From Patescibacteria group bacterium UBA918 (GTDB lineage Bacteria > Patescibacteriota > Minisyncoccia > Phycocordibacterales > UBA918): a stretch of DNA of 43,083 nucleotides. Location: positions 30,836 to 73,918 of the forward strand of contig DBEA01000016.1 in NCBI GenBank assembly GCA_002293845.1. The letters are read 5' to 3'. The translations under genes and the position numbers were made by a program. The notes under the pieces are model-generated. The model searched no databases. It saw only the letters and a program-made list of their open reading frames with translations, and had not been told where the DNA came from. Numbering within the stretch: position 1 is the stretch's first letter; every line of letters starts with the position of its first letter. Below, piece by piece: positions 31,805-42,300 of this stretch.

Positions 31805-33520
31805 TCACTCTTGAGCCGTGTCGTGAATGGCGGCGGAGGAAGGTGACTTCCGCACCAACGTTAGGTCGACCACGCGCTCGAGTTCGGCGAGAGACGTGAC
31901 TCCTTGTAGCACCTTGTCCATACCGTCTTCGGCCATGGTGGGAATTCCTTGCGGCGTGGCCGCTTCCAAGATCACATGTTCGCGAGGGTCGCGGATAACG
32001 GCTTCCTCCACCGCTTCGTCCACCTTGATGGCTTCGAAGACTCCTTGCCGGCCCTTGTAGCCGGTGTGGCCGCATTCTGGACAGCCTTTGGCATCGAAGA
32101 TCTGTAGGTCGCCGCTTAGGTCCGGAGCCAGAGGGTGTCCGGAGATCACTCGGACGATCTTCGCTTTCTCCTCGGCGCTGGCGGTGCGCGCCACCTTGCA
32201 CTGTTCGCAAAGTTTGCGTACCAGCCTCTGCCCTAAGACGATGTTCGTGCTAGAACCGATCAAACGCGAGTCGACGCCGAGATCGATGAGTCGAGGGAAA
32301 GCCCCAGGCGCGTTGTTGGTGTGCAGGGTAGAGAACACCAGGTGTCCTGTCTCGGCGGCATGGACCGCGGTCTCGGCCACCTCGCGGTCTCGGATCTCGC
32401 CGACCATGATGATGTCCGGGTCTTGGCGCAAGATGGAGCGGAGTCCCTGGGCGAAGGTATACCCCTCTTCGACCTGAGTCTGCACTATGCCGTCCACCTT
32501 GTATTCCACAGGGTCTTCGATGGTGATGATCTTGACTTCGGGGTTATGCACGGCGCGCAGGAAGGCGTACAGGGCAGTGGTCTTTCCCGAACCGGTCGGG
32601 CCGGTGGTGATAATCATGCCGTTGGGGCGTTTCAGCTCTTCTTCCATTACTCTGTGCATAATTGGATTGAGCCCGAGCTTTTCCATGTCGAAACTGGCGA
32701 CCGTGGGGTCCAAAAGACGCATGACGATACTTTCACCGGCCGAACCGGGTATTACTGAGGTACGCACCTCGATCTTCTTTTCGCCGCTATCGAAGGTGAA
32801 GCGACCATCCTGCGCCTCATTTCTTTTATTGATGAGTAGACCAGCTAATAACTTGAGACGCGAGGCGGCACGAAAGTAGTCTTCTTTTGGCAAGCTGATG
32901 ATGTCCTGTAAAACGCCATCGATGCGGTAGCGGACGCGCACGTTGGCGGCTTCTGGCTCGATATGGATGTCAGAAGCGTCGAGCGCGAGGCCGCCAGCAA
33001 ACAGTACTTCGAGCATGGCGCTGACGCGCCGAGCCGGATTCAAAGTCCGCACCTCCTCGACTTTTTTCCGCACCCCGTCACCAGTCCGGAGCGTAGTCGC
33101 CATGCGTATGATTTCGTCAGAATCGATATCTAAAACACCTTTCTTGACGGCGACGGTAGCACGCTGGTCGGCGTAGCGCGTCCAGGCGTGCTCGAGACTG
33201 CCTTTCGAACACATATACAGGGAAAGTTGCCAAGAACCTTTTAGCTGTTCGATGACCTGTTGTGTTGCCGGGTCGTTCGGGTTCTGTATAGCGACAGAGA
33301 CTAAGCGGTTCTGTTTTTCAAAGGCCACGATGTTTGCCCGGTAGGCCTCTTTCTCGCCTATCAATACTAAGGCTTCCGGATTAATGCTGATGCCATGCAG
33401 GTTCACGTAGGGGAGACCGTGTTGACGGCTGAGCGCTTTGATCAGGTTTTCTTCCTCGGTTTGTCGGTACTCAAGGTACTTTTTGCTTTCGAGGACGTGT
33501 TCGTCGAATTTAGGACTCAT
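31805..33520 (-). CDS. pilB: GspE/PilB-family type IV pilus assembly ATPase
   Basis: 571 aa. Walker A 'GPTGSGKTT', 'GEIRD', His box 'GHLVFSTLHTN', and the tetra-Cys region 'CEQC...CPECGHTGYKGR'. Confidence 0.9.
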   Translation of the reverse strand: MSPKFDEHVLESKKYLEYRQTEEENLIKALSRQHGLPYVNLHGISINPEALVLIGEKEAYRANIVAFEKQNRLVSVAIQNPNDPATQQVIEQLKGSWQLSLYMCSKGSLEHAWTRYADQRATVAVKKGVLDIDSDEIIRMATTLRTGDGVRKKVEEVRTLNPARRVSAMLEVLFAGGLALDASDIHIEPEAANVRVRYRIDGVLQDIISLPKEDYFRAASRLKLLAGLLINKRNEAQDGRFTFDSGEKKIEVRTSVIPGSAGESIVMRLLDPTVASFDMEKLGLNPIMHRVMEEELKRPNGMIITTGPTGSGKTTALYAFLRAVHNPEVKIITIEDPVEYKVDGIVQTQVEEGYTFAQGLRSILRQDPDIIMVGEIRDREVAETAVHAAETGHLVFSTLHTNNAPGAFPRLIDLGVDSRLIGSSTNIVLGQRLVRKLCEQCKVARTASAEEKAKIVRVISGHPLAPDLSGDLQIFDAKGCPECGHTGYKGRQGVFEAIKVDEAVEEAVIRDPREHVILEAATPQGIPTMAEDGMDKVLQGVTSLAELERVVDLTLVRKSPSSAAIHDTAQE

Positions 33521-33594
33521 TTTATAAGTTATTGTAAGCCGGAAAGGCCGAAATCGAAAATTACAGGTGGAGATTAAAATGGTAGGATGGACGC

Positions 33595-34038
33595 ATGGAA
33601 GCCAGCCGTATCGATATTACCCGCTTGGAAAACCTGACTGTGACCGCACGCGAGTTGTTGCGGGAATCCGGGTCAGACACCCTGGACCACGCTCGCGTCC
33701 TGGCGCTATATGGTGATCTGGGCGCCGGCAAAACGGCCTTTACCAAGATACTCGCTAAGGAATTGGGTATCATCGAAGAGGTTACCAGTCCGACCTTCGT
33801 GGTCATGAAACGCTACGACATCGAAAAGGGGCCGTGGCGGTCTTTGATACACATCGATGCTTACCGCTTGGAGTCGGAGGAGGAGTTGCGGGTGCTGGGC
33901 TTTCAAGAATGGCTGCTCGATCCGAACGCCTTGATCGTCATCGAATGGGCCGATAAGGTAGAGTCGTCATTGCCGGCAGACACTCTCAGGCTCCGATTCG
34001 TTCTCGAGGAGGAAAAGCGTTTCTTGGAGCGTCTGTAA
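33595..34038 (+). CDS. tsaE: tRNA t6A37 biosynthesis ATPase TsaE
   Basis: 147 aa with P-loop 'GDLGAGKT', 'SPTF' and 'HIDAYRL'. Confidence 0.85.
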   Translation: MEASRIDITRLENLTVTARELLRESGSDTLDHARVLALYGDLGAGKTAFTKILAKELGIIEEVTSPTFVVMKRYDIEKGPWRSLIHIDAYRLESEEELRVLGFQEWLLDPNALIVIEWADKVESSLPADTLRLRFVLEEEKRFLERL

Positions 34039-34041
34039 TTC

Positions 34042-36432
34042 ATGAAAAAAACCACCGATACAAAGACCCTCGTACTTTTGGACGCACACGCGATCCTGCA
34101 TCGCGCCTATCACGCCTTGCCGGAGTTTACTTCGCCTGCAGGCGAAGCTACCGGCGCTCTTTTTGGCGTAGTCTCGATGATTTTGAAGATCGTCGAGGAT
34201 TTGAAGCCGGATTATCTGGTAGCCTGCTACGATCTGCCGGAGCCTACCCATCGTCACCAGGCTTTCGACGGATATAAAGCGCATCGGGCCAAAACCGATG
34301 ATTCGCTAGTGACCCAGATCGAGCGTTCACGGGACATATTAAAAGTATTGCACATACCTATATATGAACGGCCCGGATTCGAAGCCGACGATATGCTGGG
34401 CACCATCGTCGAACAGACGAAGGGCGAAAAGAACCTCCGCGTGGTGATAGCCTCCGGCGACATGGACACCCTCCAGCTCATCGATGGAGAACGAGTGAGA
34501 GTGTTCACGCAACGCAAAGGGGCCGAAGTCGTCATGTTCGACGAAAAAGCCGTGAAGAACAAATTCGGATTCGGCCCCTTGTTGACCATCGATTACAAAG
34601 GCATTCGTGGCGATGCGTCGGATAACATCCCGGGAGTCCCTGGCGTGGGAGAGGGCAGCGCCATGAAATTGGTCGCCGCTTATGGGCCCATCGAGAAAAT
34701 ATTCGCCGCCATCAAGAAAGACGGCGTCGAGAAGGTGTCAGAAAAATGCGGAGTGCAAAAACGTTTCGTCGCCTTGGTGGCCAAGCATGAAGAAGAGGCG
34801 GTGTTTTCGAAGATGTTGGCGACGATCCGCCGCGACGCGCCCATCGATTTCCATTTGCCCGAGCGACATTGGAAGGACTCGATCGACGTAGAGGCGACTC
34901 TGGCCCTTTTTAGCGAGCTCGGCTTCCGCTCGCTTGCCGGCCGTTTTCGCCAGCTTATGTCCTTGGAGGATAAAAAAGACGATGCCGGGGTCGAGGGAAT
35001 TCCGGCGCCCGAGTTGGCCGAGGGTGCCGTGTTGTTGTGGTTGCTCGAGTCCGACCGTACTAACGCCACGGCGGCCGATCTTCTGGACTACGGCCGCTCG
35101 GTGTTCAAGACCGCCGAATGGCCGAAGATCAAAGAGGAACTCGAGACCGAGGTCAAGCGTCAGGGCCTGTGGGAGGTCTTTTCGACGATCGACAAGCCGC
35201 TCTTGCCGGTCATAGCCAAGATGAATCAGGTCGGCATCAAGCTGGATATCGACTACCTGAGAGAACTGTCTGCCAAATTCCGATCCGAACTCGGCAAGCT
35301 CGAATCCAAGATCCACGAATACGCGGGCGCACCTTTCAATATCAATTCTCCGAAACAGCTAGGCGACGTTATCTACGATCGTCTCGGATTGAAGCCAGCG
35401 AAGCAGAAAAAGACGGCCGGTGGCGCACGTTCCACTCGTGAAAGCGAATTGCGGCAGATGGCCGATGACCACCCGATCATAGACGCTATTTTGCGTTATC
35501 GAGAGCTCTCGAAGCTGGTCTCGACTTACGTCGACGCGCTACCTCGACTTGTAGGCGAGGATGGCCGTGTCCGGACCACTTTTTTGCCGACCGGAACGGT
35601 CACAGGACGCGTAGGTTCTCGCGACCCGAATCTACAGAACATCCCGATCCGCACGGAGGACGGCCGCGCCGTGCGCCGCGCTTTCGTCGCTGATCCCGGT
35701 TTCGTGCTGGTCTCGATCGATTACTCCCAGATCGAATTACGCATAGCGGCCATACTCTCAGGAGATGCGAAGATGATCGAGATATTTAAGGAGGGCCAGG
35801 ATGTGCACAGCGCGGTCGCGAGTCGAGTGTTTGGTGTGGCCGAGGGGGATGTGACACCAGACATGCGACGCAAGGCCAAAGTGATCAACTTCGGCATTCT
35901 TTACGGCATGGGGGTCAACGCTCTTCGTGGCAATCTAGGAGAGGGAACTTCGCGGGAAGAAGCTCAAGAGTTCTTGAACGCCTACTTCAATACTTTCACG
36001 CGTTTGGCGGAGTATCTCGAAGATACGAAACAATTCGCGCGCGACCATGGCTACACCGAGACTATGTTCGGCCGCCGACGCCACTTCCCAGGTATCACTT
36101 CGAGCGCGCCGATGATCCGTGCCAGCGCCGAGCGCATGGCGATCAATGCGCCGATTCAAGGTACCGAAGGAGACATCCTTAGGATAGCGATGGTCGATAT
36201 CGATCGCTATATCGAGGAAAACGGACTCACTGGCGAGGTGCGAATGCTTCTACAAGTGCACGATGAATTGGTCTTTGAGATCGAAAAGGGATCGGTGGAT
36301 GTGGTGGTGCCGCGATTGCGGACGCTTATGTCCGGCGTTCTGAAAGGCAAGGAAGATCATGGCGTGCCGATCGCTGTCGAAGCCAAGGTCGGAACTAACT
36401 GGGCAGAGATGGAGAAAATTTCAACTTTATAA
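34042..36432 (+). CDS. polA: DNA polymerase I (5' nuclease plus polymerase, short middle domain)
   Basis: 796 aa. 5'-nuclease N-terminus (LLDAHAILHRAYHA), motif A 'DYSQIELR', motif B 'RRKAKVINFGILYG', motif C 'QVHDE'. Confidence 0.93.
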   Translation: MKKTTDTKTLVLLDAHAILHRAYHALPEFTSPAGEATGALFGVVSMILKIVEDLKPDYLVACYDLPEPTHRHQAFDGYKAHRAKTDDSLVTQIERSRDILKVLHIPIYERPGFEADDMLGTIVEQTKGEKNLRVVIASGDMDTLQLIDGERVRVFTQRKGAEVVMFDEKAVKNKFGFGPLLTIDYKGIRGDASDNIPGVPGVGEGSAMKLVAAYGPIEKIFAAIKKDGVEKVSEKCGVQKRFVALVAKHEEEAVFSKMLATIRRDAPIDFHLPERHWKDSIDVEATLALFSELGFRSLAGRFRQLMSLEDKKDDAGVEGIPAPELAEGAVLLWLLESDRTNATAADLLDYGRSVFKTAEWPKIKEELETEVKRQGLWEVFSTIDKPLLPVIAKMNQVGIKLDIDYLRELSAKFRSELGKLESKIHEYAGAPFNINSPKQLGDVIYDRLGLKPAKQKKTAGGARSTRESELRQMADDHPIIDAILRYRELSKLVSTYVDALPRLVGEDGRVRTTFLPTGTVTGRVGSRDPNLQNIPIRTEDGRAVRRAFVADPGFVLVSIDYSQIELRIAAILSGDAKMIEIFKEGQDVHSAVASRVFGVAEGDVTPDMRRKAKVINFGILYGMGVNALRGNLGEGTSREEAQEFLNAYFNTFTRLAEYLEDTKQFARDHGYTETMFGRRRHFPGITSSAPMIRASAERMAINAPIQGTEGDILRIAMVDIDRYIEENGLTGEVRMLLQVHDELVFEIEKGSVDVVVPRLRTLMSGVLKGKEDHGVPIAVEAKVGTNWAEMEKISTL

Positions 36433-36441
36433 ACTCTTTTC

Positions 36442-37143
36442 ATGCTCGCGGTCTTTTACGGAAACGACACGGTCAAAGTGAGGCTTAAGGCTCGCGATTT
36501 CGCCGAATCGAAAAAACAGGAAATGACGGAAGTGGTCGATTTGGAACTGACAGAATTAGGACCCGGACAGCTCGCCGGTCTGGCCGGTAGCGTTTCGCTG
36601 TTCGGCGGCGCACAGGTCTATGTTATCGACGCATCCACAGCGCTGGTCGAAGCTAAGTCGGAGCTTCTCGAGGCACTTCCGGAGCTCGCTCGTTCCACGG
36701 ACACCTTTATCGTCATCGATGGTCCGCTATTGGTCGGGACATCGAAGATCTATAAGGCCGCAGCAGATCATATAGAGGAGCACAAAAGGAGAGACGATGC
36801 CGGTTTCAATAATTTCGCTTTGGCCGATGCTCTCTTAAAAAGGGATAAAAAGTCGCTATGGTTGCTGTTGGCCGAAGCTCGATTGGCCGGCTCGTCGGAC
36901 GAAGAGATCATCGGTATCTTATGGTGGCAATTGAAGACGATGCGGCTAGCGGCCGCCTCGACATCGGCCGACGCGGTTGGTCTCAAGGATTTTCCGTACA
37001 ACAAGGCCAAGCGCGCGTTATCAAAATTCAAGCCAGGAGAGATAGAAGGGTTGTCGCGAGCGCTACTCTCAGTGTTGCATGAGAGTCGCGCTGGCAGGGG
37101 AGATCTGGATGTTGCGTTAGAGCGATTCGTGCTCGAGGTCTAG
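36442..37143 (+). CDS. possible DNA polymerase III delta subunit (HolA-like)
   Basis: 233 aa, helical. N-terminal 'YGNDTVKVRLKA...VYVID' and C-terminal 'ILWWQLKTMRL' fit a short HolA only loosely. Confidence 0.4.
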   Translation: MLAVFYGNDTVKVRLKARDFAESKKQEMTEVVDLELTELGPGQLAGLAGSVSLFGGAQVYVIDASTALVEAKSELLEALPELARSTDTFIVIDGPLLVGTSKIYKAAADHIEEHKRRDDAGFNNFALADALLKRDKKSLWLLLAEARLAGSSDEEIIGILWWQLKTMRLAAASTSADAVGLKDFPYNKAKRALSKFKPGEIEGLSRALLSVLHESRAGRGDLDVALERFVLEV

Positions 37144-37229
37144 AAATACCGGCCCTTTGTGTTATAGTGCAGTCGTTCCGTGCGATCGAGCGCGGATAGA
37201 ACCTTCGTATAGTACAATATTAAGGTACC

Positions 37230-37302
37230 CCGCCCGTAGCTCAGCTGGTAGAGCAGGCGCCTTTTAAGCGCAAGGTCGCAGGATCGTAACCTGCCGGGCG
37301 GA
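37230..37302 (+). tRNA. tRNA-Lys (anticodon UUU), no encoded CCA, atypical T-loop
   Basis: Hand-folded cloverleaf. Acceptor CCGCCCG/CGGGCGG, D-arm GCTC-AGCTGGTA-GAGC, anticodon arm GGCGC-CTTTTAA-GCGCA, variable loop AGGTC, T-arm GCAGG-ATCGTAA-CCTGC, discriminator A. Confidence 0.85.
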
Positions 37303-37304
37303 CA

Positions 37305-38135
37305 ATGCAAAAATCCTTCAAAGAACTTTGTATCGAGTTACGGAAGAAGGACCTCACTCTCAATGAGATAGTGGCCATCACTGGTCGGGCAAAAACATCG
37401 GTCTATGCTCACATCCAGAGTGTGCCTTTAAGTATAAAAAAGCGAAAACAGATAGCAGAACGGTCTAGGCAATCAGCGTTAGGGTTATCTAGCTCTAGAC
37501 GAGGCGTGGCGTTGCGACCTTTTAAAGCTTTTGAAAAGTGGACACCAGAGACAGTTTTGCTGACGGCACATCTGATGTTCGATGGTCGCTTGGCCAAGTC
37601 GTGCGAATACAACAACCGTAGTGCGTTTTTGATCGGTCGAGTCAAGAAATTAATGATGACAGTTTATGATTTCCCTCCTAAGGTCTACCCGAACCATGTC
37701 ACAGGAGTCACAAGGATTAGCTACCATAACGTGGCCATGGCCGATTTCTTTAAACGTAAAGTAACGGAGTTACTCGACAATATCGAAACCCTGCCCGTGT
37801 ATCTTCAGAAAGAATTTCTGAGAGCTTTCTTTGACGATGAAGGGTGTATGTATTACAAAATTTCCAAGAACAAGCGACAGATACGAGGTTACCAAAACAA
37901 CGTCGCGGTGCTAAAGACCATAAGTCGCCTTCTAGCGAATCTTAATATTGACTCGAACTTGCGAGGTCGCAATGAAGTTATGATCAGCGGCAAGGAACAC
38001 CTGATCAAGTTTCGAGACCAGATAAATTTTTCCAAAGGCGTACGCATCAACCCCAATCGCGCCAATAGTCTTTGGAAAAAGAATCTAGAGAAAAGAAAAT
38101 TACTAGACATGGCCATTGCCTCCTTTAAAAAATGA
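37305..38135 (+). CDS. free-standing LAGLIDADG-family homing endonuclease-like protein with an N-terminal HTH
   Basis: 276 aa. Two LAGLIDADG-like motifs, 'LLTAHLMFDGRL' and 'FLRAFFDDEGCM'. HTH 'LTLNEIVAITGRAKTSVYAHI'. Hand-counted G+C is about 44% over 37861-37980, versus visibly higher flanks. Confidence 0.7.
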   Translation: MQKSFKELCIELRKKDLTLNEIVAITGRAKTSVYAHIQSVPLSIKKRKQIAERSRQSALGLSSSRRGVALRPFKAFEKWTPETVLLTAHLMFDGRLAKSCEYNNRSAFLIGRVKKLMMTVYDFPPKVYPNHVTGVTRISYHNVAMADFFKRKVTELLDNIETLPVYLQKEFLRAFFDDEGCMYYKISKNKRQIRGYQNNVAVLKTISRLLANLNIDSNLRGRNEVMISGKEHLIKFRDQINFSKGVRINPNRANSLWKKNLEKRKLLDMAIASFKK

Positions 38136-38596
38136 AATTCGTCATTCTCGACAATATTAGGAGTGCGCATAACGTCGGTTCGATATTTCGCACGAGTGAC
38201 GGCGCGGGGGTCGCGAAGATATTTTTGGTGGGCGTGACGCCTTGTCCCGTCGATCGGTTCGGCCGACCGCAGCCGGAGATCGTCAAAACCTCGCTCGGCG
38301 CGGCTGGGATCGTGCCGTGGGAACAGGTAGGCGACGCCGACGCGGTTTTGCTGGTGCGGCGTTTGCGCAGTGAGGGGGTTACGGTGGCGGCGGTAGAGCA
38401 GACTGCGAACGCCGTTTCGCTCGACGATTTTCAAGTACCGGAGAACGTGGCTTATATTTTAGGAAACGAGGTCGATGGCGTCAGTGACGCGCTCATAAAA
38501 GAATCGGACCAGGCCCTAGAGATACCGATGGCGGGGGAGAAGGAGTCGCTTAACGTCTCGGTCGCGGCCGGCATCGTGCTTTTCAAAAAGAGCTAA
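38132..38596 (+). CDS. SpoU/TrmH-family (SPOUT) RNA 2'-O-methyltransferase
   Basis: 154 aa with 'LDNIRSAHNVGSIFRT', 'ILGNEVDGVS' and 'IPMAGEKESLNVSVAAGI'. ATGA overlap with the upstream ORF. Confidence 0.85.
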   Translation: MKFVILDNIRSAHNVGSIFRTSDGAGVAKIFLVGVTPCPVDRFGRPQPEIVKTSLGAAGIVPWEQVGDADAVLLVRRLRSEGVTVAAVEQTANAVSLDDFQVPENVAYILGNEVDGVSDALIKESDQALEIPMAGEKESLNVSVAAGIVLFKKS

Positions 38597-38640
38597 ATAG
38601 AGCCAAGAAAACGACATATGCACAGGTTGCCCACAGTGTA

Positions 38641-38669
38641 TTGCTTTTTAGGTCATTTTGTGATATAAT
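38641..38669 (+). promoter_or_regulatory. strong promoter candidate
   Basis: TTGCTT, 17-nt spacer, TGaTATAAT extended -10 (38661-38669). An AAGGAGG Shine-Dalgarno follows at about 38705, and the ATG is at 38717. Confidence 0.6.
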
Positions 38670-38716
38670 ATAAATTGGTGGGCTTAGGCCCGAGCAAATT
38701 GAAAAAGGAGGTTCGC

Positions 38717-39259
38717 ATGCGCATATTAGTGGCATTCTTGTTTGTGGTCGCAGCTGCTTATGCCATTGCGGCCCGTAATCACTGGTTGCCCGAGTCCATC
38801 GACTCGGCGGCCACCACTTCCTCGATTCCCGTTTCGGAGCACATCGTGCTCCAGAACCGCGAGATCAACAAAGCGCTCGTCGCCGCACGCAAGGCGTGCG
38901 GCGACATGACGCGCGCTATGGAGCGCCTGAAGACCGGCATCGGCGACGAAGACGGCGAAGAGAGGGCTATCTCGTACGACGAGCTGGTCATCGACGTCGT
39001 CGATTCGCTGCTATCGGACGGCATGGTTCCGAAAGGGTGCCTTTACGCGGTCCGCAACGACCGCACGTACGGTCTCTACGGACCGTACGAAGGCGAGGTT
39101 CTGGTTCTCCTTTCGACAGAGGGAGATGTCGCCATAGGCTTCGCCGGGAAGGCGGTCACTCCATGGTCGAAGGTCATGTATGTCTTCCGTCCGGACATTC
39201 TTCTGGTGAAGGACAGCCCACTAGTCATCAACCAGGACGCCGTCCTAGCGCAGCGGTAA
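38717..39259 (+). CDS. hypothetical N-terminally anchored or secreted protein
   Basis: Start at ATG 38717, 7 nt after AAGGAGG. Hydrophobic N-terminus MRILVAFLFVVAAAYAIAA. No family recognised. Confidence 0.6.
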   Translation: MRILVAFLFVVAAAYAIAARNHWLPESIDSAATTSSIPVSEHIVLQNREINKALVAARKACGDMTRAMERLKTGIGDEDGEERAISYDELVIDVVDSLLSDGMVPKGCLYAVRNDRTYGLYGPYEGEVLVLLSTEGDVAIGFAGKAVTPWSKVMYVFRPDILLVKDSPLVINQDAVLAQR

Positions 39260-39280
39260 CGCTTGCGCCTCCCATCGAAA

Positions 39281-39326
39281 ACCCCCGTCGCGAGCTACCA
39301 AGCTTGCGGCGGGGGATTTTTCTTTT
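39281..39326. terminator. bidirectional intrinsic terminator between convergent genes
   Basis: About 15-bp stem cccccgtcgcgagct/agcttgcggcggggg (two G-U pairs) with loop acca, followed by TTTTTCTTTT. Confidence 0.75.
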
Positions 39327-39338
39327 CCATGCTCTCAA

Positions 39339-42300
39339 CTACTCGATAATCACCTTGATGCTACGATCGTCGACTCCGAACTCGTTGTTTCTCTGACCGC
39401 CGCACTCGAGGCGGTAGGTCGCGCTCGCTTCCGGCACGTCGTAACCTTCGCTCTCAGTGTTGCCGGTGGTCATCTTGCCGCCGCTGGCTTTGAGCGCGTA
39501 GATACCGTTGTCGTTTAGGAAGGGCAGACACTGCTCGTAGTCGCTGCCGTCCCAGCGGAAATACAGCTGGACCGTACTGCCGACTCTGATCTCGTTGGCG
39601 ACGCTCCAGTCGAGCAGGGTTTGTCCTTGGCTGCCCACGGCCTTCACTTCGAACACGACGTCGTTGGTGAGGTTCGGCACGTATTCCTGGTCCTCGCCAT
39701 CCGGAACCGTGGCCGGAGTCGACGTAGCGGCTGGCGCCGCCTCATCGTTTTCGCCAAGGAGGAAGCTAAGGTCCAAGTCCTTGAAGAGGGCGAAACGGAT
39801 CATATCGGACATCGCCTGGCGGTCGATGGTGCCGACACCATCGAAGGTTTCGAAGTGAGCGGCTATCTGCTCCACGAAGTCGGCCTTGTCGCCGCCACCG
39901 CAACGTACCGCGCGGAAGGCCTGATCGGCGGTAGCGCCGGAGATTGCCGCTTGCGCGATGACGATCTCGTAGAGGTACGGACGATCGAGTCCTGGCGCGA
40001 GCGGACATTCAGCTTCGACATCTAGCAAGACCGTCACGTTACGGATGTCGGCCATGGTGATCTCGCCGTCATCGGACGGTGTCAGATTTCCGAAGTCGGT
40101 GACCACCGGATTTTCCGCTTCGTCGTCGCGGAATATATCGACCACCGACAGCCCGATCTTCTTGAAGGTGTCCACGATGGCCGATACGCCGCCCCTTGAC
40201 GGGGGAGGGACTTCGACCGACTCGGCGATGAGAGCGGTCACGTTGCCGGTGAATCCGGTCTCGGCGAAACGCTCGCTCATGAAGCGGTACGAAGTATATC
40301 GGGGTACAGTGGTGCTACGGGTGCCGCCGCCGTTTAGATAGACGCGGTAGATGTAGTATTCGTCGGCCGGCACTTGTTCGTCGGGATCGACGAGGGCGCG
40401 GGTGATGGTGCCGACATCCTCCAGCCCGTACTCGTCGCTACTTGAGAAGAGATTTCCGAGCAGGTTGGTGAGGGGATTGCCTTCGGGCAGTACTCCGGCG
40501 TTGTCCGCCGCGGCGACCAGCTCGCCATCAAGGTAATATTCGACGGTGTAGACGTAGTTTGGATCGTCGGCCGATTCGTACCATACGCCGTCGATCACTA
40601 CCGGCGCATAGGTTCCGTCAGAGTAGAGGATGTTGAGGCGCTCGTCGTCGAGGGTGATGCGAGGTTGATCATATGGTGAATCTCCGGTTGCTTCGTTATC
40701 GGGCTCTTGCTCTGCGTAAGAGTCAGTGTCAACCAGTAGCTGTCCTCTTTGGTCGTAGACGCCAGCGATGCTGAAATACATGTCGCCGGAACCACCGTCC
40801 ACCTGGATCAAAACGTTGACGGTAGGCGTGGTCGATGCAAAGCCGTGTTCTGTTCGGGTCGATATAGGTGTGGTGGGGGTCGGTGCGGTCGGTGATGTTT
40901 CTATGGAGTTCGGCGGCGTGTCTGTAGGTGTTCGAGAAGGAGCATCATTCGTTTCGGTGGGCGCGACGGAGGTCGGAATCGCAATTTGAACTCCTGTACC
41001 AGTTGTTCCAGAGGCCTCTTTGCTGTTTTCGTCAGGGACGTTCAGATCAGTGCCAAGGGCGTTGTTCAACGCGGTGGCAATGAGGCCGATCATGGCATAG
41101 AAGGCGGAAGACGCGGCACCAAGCACCCCAGTACCTTTTGAACCAGGACCGGTGCCACCCGTGCTTTGATAGTCAGGCGGTGTGCCGGAATTACTTGCGG
41201 GCGAAACGGAGTCGTCGTTCTGTCCAGATGAGGATGGATACCCGGGATTGCTAATACCGTTCGCGTTTGTCGCGTCAGCTACAGGGTCAGCTGTTTGTGA
41301 AGTCGGTGCTGAAACTGCGGCCTCTGTTCCAGGTTGTGGGGTTGTGGCTTGGACAGGGTTAATTTGAGTGGTCACCGTTACCGGTATCGTCGCTGGTACT
41401 GGTGTGGTATCAGGTCGTGGAGTAGGTATAGCCGTAGTTATAGCAGGAGTGGCTTGCGGTGTTTGGGCCTGAGAAGCTTTATACGCTGCCAGGTCGAATC
41501 CTTTAGCGTCGGCTAGACCTTTCTTGTGCGCGGCCGTTAACCACCCTGGCGCATTGGCGACTTTTCCGCCAGCCCCCCATGCAAGAGCGGAACCGCCACC
41601 GATGTGTATAGTGTTAGGTCCCATGTAAGCTACTCCGGCACCGACCCCTGTGACTCCTGCTTTTACAGCTTCAGCGATGAACAGCTCAAAGCGCGGTAGG
41701 TCCTTGGGATTAGTGAAGTCTAATACCCTGCCCGTGTCGGCATCCTTGAGATAACCGTCGACAGCGTTTCCGTGGTCGTGTCTATTGGATCCTTTTCGAT
41801 CGGTTAGTGCCGCTAGTCCCCGAGCTACGTCGGCCTTCGAAGGTTGTCCGCCAGATGTTCCTACAAAGACCACCCCGGCCTTTTCCGCCGCGTAAGCGAT
41901 TTGATCTTTTAATTTTGGAGTGATGTCCAAGTCTCTCTTAGCGTTTTGATTTTGCATGACTACTCGAGTCGGAGCTGGAGTAGGGGACACTTGTGCTGGA
42001 GCCTGCGTTTGCGCGCTAGGATTCGTCGCGGTCGGCGTTGATGGATTCGCGACGGCCGGTTCAGCTGTCGGCGCTTTCGTCTGAGGGAGCGCATCCGCGA
42101 TGCGACTAAGACCTGCCGCTTGAACCTCAAGTGCCAATGATATAGGTGTGCTCTTAGAGAGTTTGTCCGCTACGGCCAGCAATGTCTGTGCCGGGGTCTG
42201 AGTAGCCGGTGCCACAGTCGCGGGTGAACCGTTCCTAATATTATTGAGCGTTACTTGATCGGCCGGATTTGTCGGAGCGTATACCCCGTCTACAAGCGTA

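Noticed and set aside
37230-38135. The LAGLIDADG gene as part of a tRNA intron, or a tRNA-targeted genomic island.
   Set aside because: The tRNA folds as a complete 73-nt cloverleaf without an interruption. No duplicated tRNA 3' half (att-like repeat) is visible downstream, and the next gene (spoU) is intact and overlaps the ORF.
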